Shown here piece after piece: positions 59,461 through 64,000 of a DNA stretch of 64,000 nucleotides. Each line of letters opens with the position of its first letter. Position 1 is the first letter of the stretch. Source of the DNA: Klebsiella pneumoniae (GTDB lineage Bacteria > Verrucomicrobiota > Verrucomicrobiia > Limisphaerales > SXTU01). The position numbers and the translations under genes are program-made. The notes beneath the pieces were generated by a model. The model saw only the letters and a list, made by a program, of their open reading frames with translations. It was not told the origin of the DNA and searched no databases. Where the stretch lies: positions 7,237 to 71,236 of the forward strand of contig CALQJI020000013.1 in the NCBI GenBank assembly GCA_943330855.2, written 5' to 3'.

Positions 59461-59495
59461 CGCCGCGCCACTTTGCTGGCGCGGCGTTTTGTTTT
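59461..59495 (+). terminator. Rho-independent terminator of argG
   Basis: CGCCGCGCCA CTTTGC TGGCGCGGCG, a perfect 10-bp stem, followed by TTTTGTTTT. Confidence 0.75.
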
Positions 59496-59512
59496 CCGCC
59501 ACCGTTCGCCGC

Positions 59513-60877
59513 ATGAAGTTGTCGTGTCTCTGGCTGGCGCTGGGCTTGGCGCTCGTGGCCCACGCCAACCAACCCTGCCGCATCGAAGTGGTCGAATTGG
59601 GCAGCGGGTGGCCGGTGCCGCTGGTAGAGTTGCGCACGACGCATCAGGTGCGGTTCGTGTCGGATAACGCGGGGCGCATCGCCTTCGACCTGCCGGAGCT
59701 GATGGGGCGGGAGACGTGGTTTGAGGTGCATGGGCACGGCTACGAGGTGAAGGCGGATGGCTTCGGCCAGCGCGGCGTTCGGCTCACGCCGGAGCCGGGC
59801 AAGACGCTGCGCGTCGAGGTGCGGCGGACGAGCATCGCGCAACGCATTGGGCGGCTGACGGGGGCGGGGTTGTTTGCCGAAAGCCAGAAGCTCGGGCTGG
59901 AGGGTGACTGGCGGGAGTCGGGGCTGGTCGGGCAGGACAGCGTGCAGAACGCCGTGCATCGCGGCCGGCTCTACTGGTTCTGGGGCGACACGACGCTCGC
60001 GAAGTATCCCCTCGGCATCTTCGACGGCACGGGGGCGACGACGGCGGGGCAACCCCCGGCACTTCAGCCGCCGCTGCGTTTGCCGCTCGCTTACTTCACC
60101 AACTCGACGGGCGCACCTCGCGGCATCGCGCCGATGCCGGGCAGCGGGCCGACTTGGGTGACGGGTGTGGCGAGCGTGCCGGACCAGTCAGGCACTTCGC
60201 GTCTCGTGTGCGCCTACATGAAAATCAAACCGCCGCTCGAAGCCTACGAGTGGAGCCTCGCGGTGTGGCACGCGGAGAAGCTCGTGTTCGAGAAGCTGAA
60301 GACCGTGTGGACAAAGTCTGACGCCGCGCCGAAAGCTCCGCCAATTCCCGAAGGCCATCCGGGGTTATGGCAGGACGCGGCTGGCAAGGCGTGGCTGCTC
60401 TTCGGCAATCCCTTTCCCACGCTGCGCTGCCCGGCAACGTTCGAGGCGTGGCAGGACGCGAAGACTTGGGAGGTGCTCACGCCGCAGGCGAGCTTGGCGG
60501 GCGCGGGTGGCGAGACGGTGAAGCCACACACCGGTTCCATCACGTGGCATCCGTGGCGCAAGCGCTGGGTGACGGTCTTCATGCAGTTGTTCGGCAAGCC
60601 GTCCGTCTTCGGCGAGCTGTGGTATGCGGAGGCCGACGCGCCGACCGGTCCGTGGGGCACGGCGGTGAAGGTGTTGAGCCACGACAACTACACGTTCTAC
60701 AACCCGCGCCTGCACATCGAGTTCACGCCGGCAGGTTCGTCGCTGCTCTACTTCGAGGGCACCTACACGACGCAATTCGCCAACAAGCCCACGCCTACGC
60801 CGCGTTACGACTACAACCAGATTCTCTATCGGTTGGACTTGAACGACCCGGCGTTGCAGCGGGCGCAGCGGCCTTGA
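59513..60877 (+). CDS. hypothetical secreted protein
   Basis: Signal peptide MKLSCLWLALGLALVAHA, an N-terminal beta-sandwich-like segment, and a conserved-looking GRLYWFWGDT. I recognise no family with confidence. Confidence 0.65.
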   Translation: MKLSCLWLALGLALVAHANQPCRIEVVELGSGWPVPLVELRTTHQVRFVSDNAGRIAFDLPELMGRETWFEVHGHGYEVKADGFGQRGVRLTPEPGKTLRVEVRRTSIAQRIGRLTGAGLFAESQKLGLEGDWRESGLVGQDSVQNAVHRGRLYWFWGDTTLAKYPLGIFDGTGATTAGQPPALQPPLRLPLAYFTNSTGAPRGIAPMPGSGPTWVTGVASVPDQSGTSRLVCAYMKIKPPLEAYEWSLAVWHAEKLVFEKLKTVWTKSDAAPKAPPIPEGHPGLWQDAAGKAWLLFGNPFPTLRCPATFEAWQDAKTWEVLTPQASLAGAGGETVKPHTGSITWHPWRKRWVTVFMQLFGKPSVFGELWYAEADAPTGPWGTAVKVLSHDNYTFYNPRLHIEFTPAGSSLLYFEGTYTTQFANKPTPTPRYDYNQILYRLDLNDPALQRAQRP

Positions 60878-60908
60878 TTCAAGCGTCGCTTGGCCGCAAC
60901 CTCGCCGC

Positions 60909-61145
60909 ATGAGCCAGCCCAACATCTGCCAGCGTTCTCCCCTCGTGCAAAAAGTCGAACCCGGCACCTACTGGTGGTGCGCCTGCGGCCTCTCGAAGAC
61001 TCAGCCGTTCTGCGACGGCTCGCACAAGGGGACTGAGTTCGGTCCAAGCAAAGTGGAAATCACCGAGGCAAAGCAGGTCGCGTGGTGTATGTGCAAACAC
61101 TCGCAGAACGGCGCGCACTGCGACGGCAGCCACAAGCGGGTGTGA
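60909..61145 (+). CDS. CDGSH iron-sulfur domain protein
   Basis: Two CDGSH-type motifs: CACGLSKTQPFCDGSH and CMCKHSQNGAHCDGSH. Confidence 0.85.
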   Translation: MSQPNICQRSPLVQKVEPGTYWWCACGLSKTQPFCDGSHKGTEFGPSKVEITEAKQVAWCMCKHSQNGAHCDGSHKRV

Positions 61146-61156
61146 CTGCTGGCGGG

Positions 61157-61181
61157 TCCGCCGCCTCACCTCGGCGGCTAC
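61157..61181. repeat. family C single arm
   Basis: TCCGCCGCCTCACCTCGGCGGCTAC, which contains the TAG stop (minus strand) of nagA. Confidence 0.7.
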
Positions 61182-62299
61182 GGAATCTTCGCTTCCCTCA
61201 GCGACCCGTCAGGCATGGAGTTCACCACGCAAAAATCCGCAGGCTGGCCGACGGCGATTTCGTTGCGCAGACCCATTAGTTCCGCCGGGCACGTGGAGAA
61301 GTGCGGCCAAACTTCACGCCATGACTTGCCCAACATCTGCGCGGCGCGGGTGATGCCGTCAATGGGCTTGAGCGCGGAGCCGGCGAAGTTGGGCTTGCCG
61401 GGCTGGCGGACGATCTGGTCCGCGCCCACTTCGAGTTCAATCGCACCGATGGTGTAGCGGCCCGGCGGCGCGCCAGCGGCGGACATCGCATCAGTCGTGT
61501 AGTAGATGCGTTCCGCAGGCAGCGCGCGGTGGACGTGGCGGAAGAGCAGCGGCGAGACGTGGTGCGTGTCCGGAATGAGGCTGGGCGTGAGGCCGGGAGT
61601 GTCGAAGACGCGCCAGAGGATGTTGTCGTGCCGGTCGAGCTGTTGCGGGATGCCGTTGCCGAGATGGGTGAAGCCACGTGCGCCGGCGGCCACGGCGGCG
61701 CGGATGGTTTCCGCAGAGGCGTTCGTGTGACCGAGGCTCACGACAATGCCAAGCGAAACGGCGAGGCGGATGGCCTCGATGGAGCCGTGGCGTTCGGGGG
61801 CGAGGGTGAGCAGAACCGGATCGGTGCCGGTCGCGGCACGAAGTTCACGGAGGTCGGCGGCGGTTGCGTCGCGCATCACGGCGGGATTGTGCGCGCCTTT
61901 GAAGCCGACTTCGGGTGAGAGGAAGGGACCTTCGATATGCCAACCGGCTAGGGCTGCGCGGAGTTCCGGGTGAGCGTCGCGAATGGCTTTCGTGCGGCGC
62001 ACGCGGGCCATGAGCGCGGGCCACTCGTCCGTGATGAGCGTGAAGAAGAAACGTCCACAGCCATCGCGGCGTAACTGGCGCGCGGCGGAGAGGAGCTTCT
62101 CCTCGGTCAGGTGATCGTCGCGCTGAAAGTCCACGCCACCGTAGCCGTTGATTTGGAGGTCGAGCAGAGTCGGGGCGAGCCACGGGCCGTCTGCTTCGAC
62201 GGGCGCGTGGCTGACTTCCGTGATGACACCTTCACGCCACAGGACACGCAGCGGCTGTCCGGTGGCGAAGTGGCGGCCGCAAATTTCACCATGGTGCAT
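61178..62299 (-). CDS. nagA: N-acetylglucosamine-6-phosphate deacetylase
   Basis: LLDLQINGYGGVDF, ..GHTNAS.., ..THLGNG.. amidohydrolase motifs. Start chosen at MHHGEI (62299). Confidence 0.88.
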   Translation of the reverse strand: MHHGEICGRHFATGQPLRVLWREGVITEVSHAPVEADGPWLAPTLLDLQINGYGGVDFQRDDHLTEEKLLSAARQLRRDGCGRFFFTLITDEWPALMARVRRTKAIRDAHPELRAALAGWHIEGPFLSPEVGFKGAHNPAVMRDATAADLRELRAATGTDPVLLTLAPERHGSIEAIRLAVSLGIVVSLGHTNASAETIRAAVAAGARGFTHLGNGIPQQLDRHDNILWRVFDTPGLTPSLIPDTHHVSPLLFRHVHRALPAERIYYTTDAMSAAGAPPGRYTIGAIELEVGADQIVRQPGKPNFAGSALKPIDGITRAAQMLGKSWREVWPHFSTCPAELMGLRNEIAVGQPADFCVVNSMPDGSLREAKIP

Positions 62300-62446
62300 G
62301 GCGGATTCGTAGCGTGGGTGCCGGTGGGGAACGAGCAAAATTCCAAACTGGGCAGTTCGATTTGGACTCACCGAAAACTCCATTGCCAACTTTACGACGC
62401 AGGAGTTAATTCAATAGCTGTCGGTCAGAGCCTCTGGGTTCACACT

Positions 62447-63193
62447 ATGTTTCGAGACATCGGCGGAATTTTTTTGCTGTTTTGGCGGACGCTTCGGGCG
62501 TTGCCGCTGGCCTATCGCCATCGGCGGAAGGTCCTGGAGCAATTCTACGAAATCGGCATGGGTAGCCTGCTCATGGTCTGCATCCTTTCGTTCTTCATCG
62601 GCGGCGTGCTTGCACTGGAAATCGGCCCGGTGATGGTCGAGCGCGGGCTGTCGAACTTCCTCGGCGGCATCGTCGGCCTCAGCCTCTGCCGCGAACTCGC
62701 CCCCTCGCTCATGGCCGTGCTCATCGCGGGCCGCATCGGCTCGGCGATGGCTGCGGAAATTGGCTCCATGGCGGTGTATCAGGAGATTGATGCGCTGCGG
62801 ACGATGAACATCAACCCGGTCCATTACCTTGTTCTGCCGCGCATTCTCGCTATCGCGGTGGGGCTGCCGATGCTCCTGGTTTTCGCCGACCTCGTCGGCT
62901 GGATGGGCGGAGCGCTCGTCTGCTCGACGAACCAACAGATCGCCGTCGGGATGCAGTCCTTCTTCGCGAACCTCCGCGACACCGTGGGGACCAAGGACGT
63001 GCTCCATGGCCTCATCAAGTCCTTCATCTTCGCGCTCATCATCGGCACCGTGTCCTGCCATCAGGGGCTGGCCACCATCGGCGGCCCGCGCGGCATCGGG
63101 CGCACGGTGACCAAGGCTGTGGTCAATTCCATCGTGCTCATTCTCATCCTGGACTACTTCCTCACGCACCTGCTGGTGCAGCTTGAACAATGA
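62447..63193 (+). CDS. mlaE: MlaE-family ABC transporter permease
   Basis: ..[46 protein letters not shown].. is the conserved MlaE core. Confidence 0.9.
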   Translation: MFRDIGGIFLLFWRTLRALPLAYRHRRKVLEQFYEIGMGSLLMVCILSFFIGGVLALEIGPVMVERGLSNFLGGIVGLSLCRELAPSLMAVLIAGRIGSAMAAEIGSMAVYQEIDALRTMNINPVHYLVLPRILAIAVGLPMLLVFADLVGWMGGALVCSTNQQIAVGMQSFFANLRDTVGTKDVLHGLIKSFIFALIIGTVSCHQGLATIGGPRGIGRTVTKAVVNSIVLILILDYFLTHLLVQLEQ

Positions 63194-63948
63194 GCATCGC
63201 CACGAACCATGAGAGTGTCCGCGTCGAGGCGCGCGGGGTGCGGAAAAGCTTCGGCGACCACGAGGTCCTACGTGGCGTGAACTTCACTGTTGAGCGCGGG
63301 GAAATCTTCGTGCTCATGGGCCCCAGCGGCAGTGGCAAGAGCGTCCTGCTCAAACACATCATCGGCCTCGAAGAACCCGACGCCGGTGAACTGCTCATCG
63401 AAGGGCAGGCCATCCACACCGAGGGCCTGCGGGACCGTTACCGCATGGCGATGGTCTTCCAGTCAGGCGCACTGCTGAATTCTCTCACCGTCGGTGAGAA
63501 CGTCGGCCTCTACCTTCGTGAGCACCGCCTGAAGCCTGAAGCCGAGATCTGCCGCATCATCGCGGAGAAGCTCGACCTCGTCGGACTCAAGGGCACTGAG
63601 CACAAAATCCCCGCCGAGCTTTCCGGCGGCATGAAGAAGCGCGTCGCCATCGCCCGCGCACTCGTCATCGAGCCGCAACTCGTGCTTTACGACGAGCCGA
63701 CCAGCGAACTCGACCCGCTCATCGCCATCACCATCGGGCAGGAGATTCTCGAATTGCGCGACCGCACGCACGCCACGAGCCTCGTCGTCACACACGACCG
63801 CGATTTGGCCTTCGGCATCGCCGACCGCATTGCGATGATCGCCGAGGGCGAGATACTGGAGATTGGCCGGCCCGAGGAAGTGCGGCGCAGCCAGCACCCG
63901 CTCGTGCGGAAGTTTTTGACCGCCGACTTCAAACCAAAACCGCGATGA
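63190..63948 (+). CDS. mlaF: MlaF-family ABC transporter ATP-binding protein
   Basis: Walker A GPSGSGKS, signature LSGGMKKR, Walker [11 protein letters not shown] 4-nt overlap with mlaE. Confidence 0.93.
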   Translation: MSIATNHESVRVEARGVRKSFGDHEVLRGVNFTVERGEIFVLMGPSGSGKSVLLKHIIGLEEPDAGELLIEGQAIHTEGLRDRYRMAMVFQSGALLNSLTVGENVGLYLREHRLKPEAEICRIIAEKLDLVGLKGTEHKIPAELSGGMKKRVAIARALVIEPQLVLYDEPTSELDPLIAITIGQEILELRDRTHATSLVVTHDRDLAFGIADRIAMIAEGEILEIGRPEEVRRSQHPLVRKFLTADFKPKPR

Positions 63949-63960
63949 GCCACGCAGCCG

Positions 63961-64000
63961 CTTCAGCCACAAAAGGACACAGAAGGCACAAAGAGAATTC
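63961..64000. repeat. family B-like left arm, truncated by the window edge
   Basis: CTTCAGCCACAAAAGGACACAGAAGGCACAAAGAGAATTC resembles the left arms at 2159 and 47747. Confidence 0.5.

Overview
GC-rich, gene-dense chromosomal window with about 50 protein-coding genes and one tRNA-Leu. I saw no rRNA and no CRISPR array. The gene content includes a PSCyt/DUF1549/DUF1553 + DUF1501 pair, DUF1080, an FG-GAP protein and a TAT-signal Gfo/Idh/MocA oxidoreductase. Together with intergenic palindromes that translate as '..SVFHPWLK', this suggests the PVC superphylum, most likely Verrucomicrobiota (inference). Most of the window is housekeeping: ligA, ribD-ribE, deoC, nth, two gmd paralogs, rpsU, folP, lipA, a pabC-like gene, glgA, serS, argG, nagA and mlaEF. 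Five things stand out. (1) A stand-alone Pls/PosA-type single-module NRPS (23074-27087). Its adenylation code, read by eye, looks lysine-like, so I predict a cationic homopoly-amino-acid synthetase. It appears co-transcribed with a secreted protein made of five PepSY-like repeats. (2) A decayed one-cassette integron between deoC and nth. It has an internally deleted intI, an attI-like core site, a low-GC SHOCT-lipoprotein cassette and an attC-like palindrome. Next to it lie a 21-bp tandem array, a duplicated 102-bp palindromic unit and a gene frameshifted at a G9 tract. (3) A PelA-like GH114/deacetylase gene followed by a PelB-like TPR scaffold and porin split over two ORFs, with no PelD-G synthase genes in the window. 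(4) At least seven families of short palindromic REP/MITE-like repeats and 7-8 nt microsatellite blocks. Several sit in frame inside genes (ribD, the PSCyt protein, the Pls-like synthetase) or supply the stop codon of the adjacent gene. (5) Small lesions: a VOC gene with a frameshifted 3' end whose true C-terminus lies in the frame of the downstream gene, and a sugar-phosphate-isomerase gene remnant. CDS coordinates are anchored on the supplied ORF track. Repeat coordinates were read by eye and may be off by 1-2 nt.
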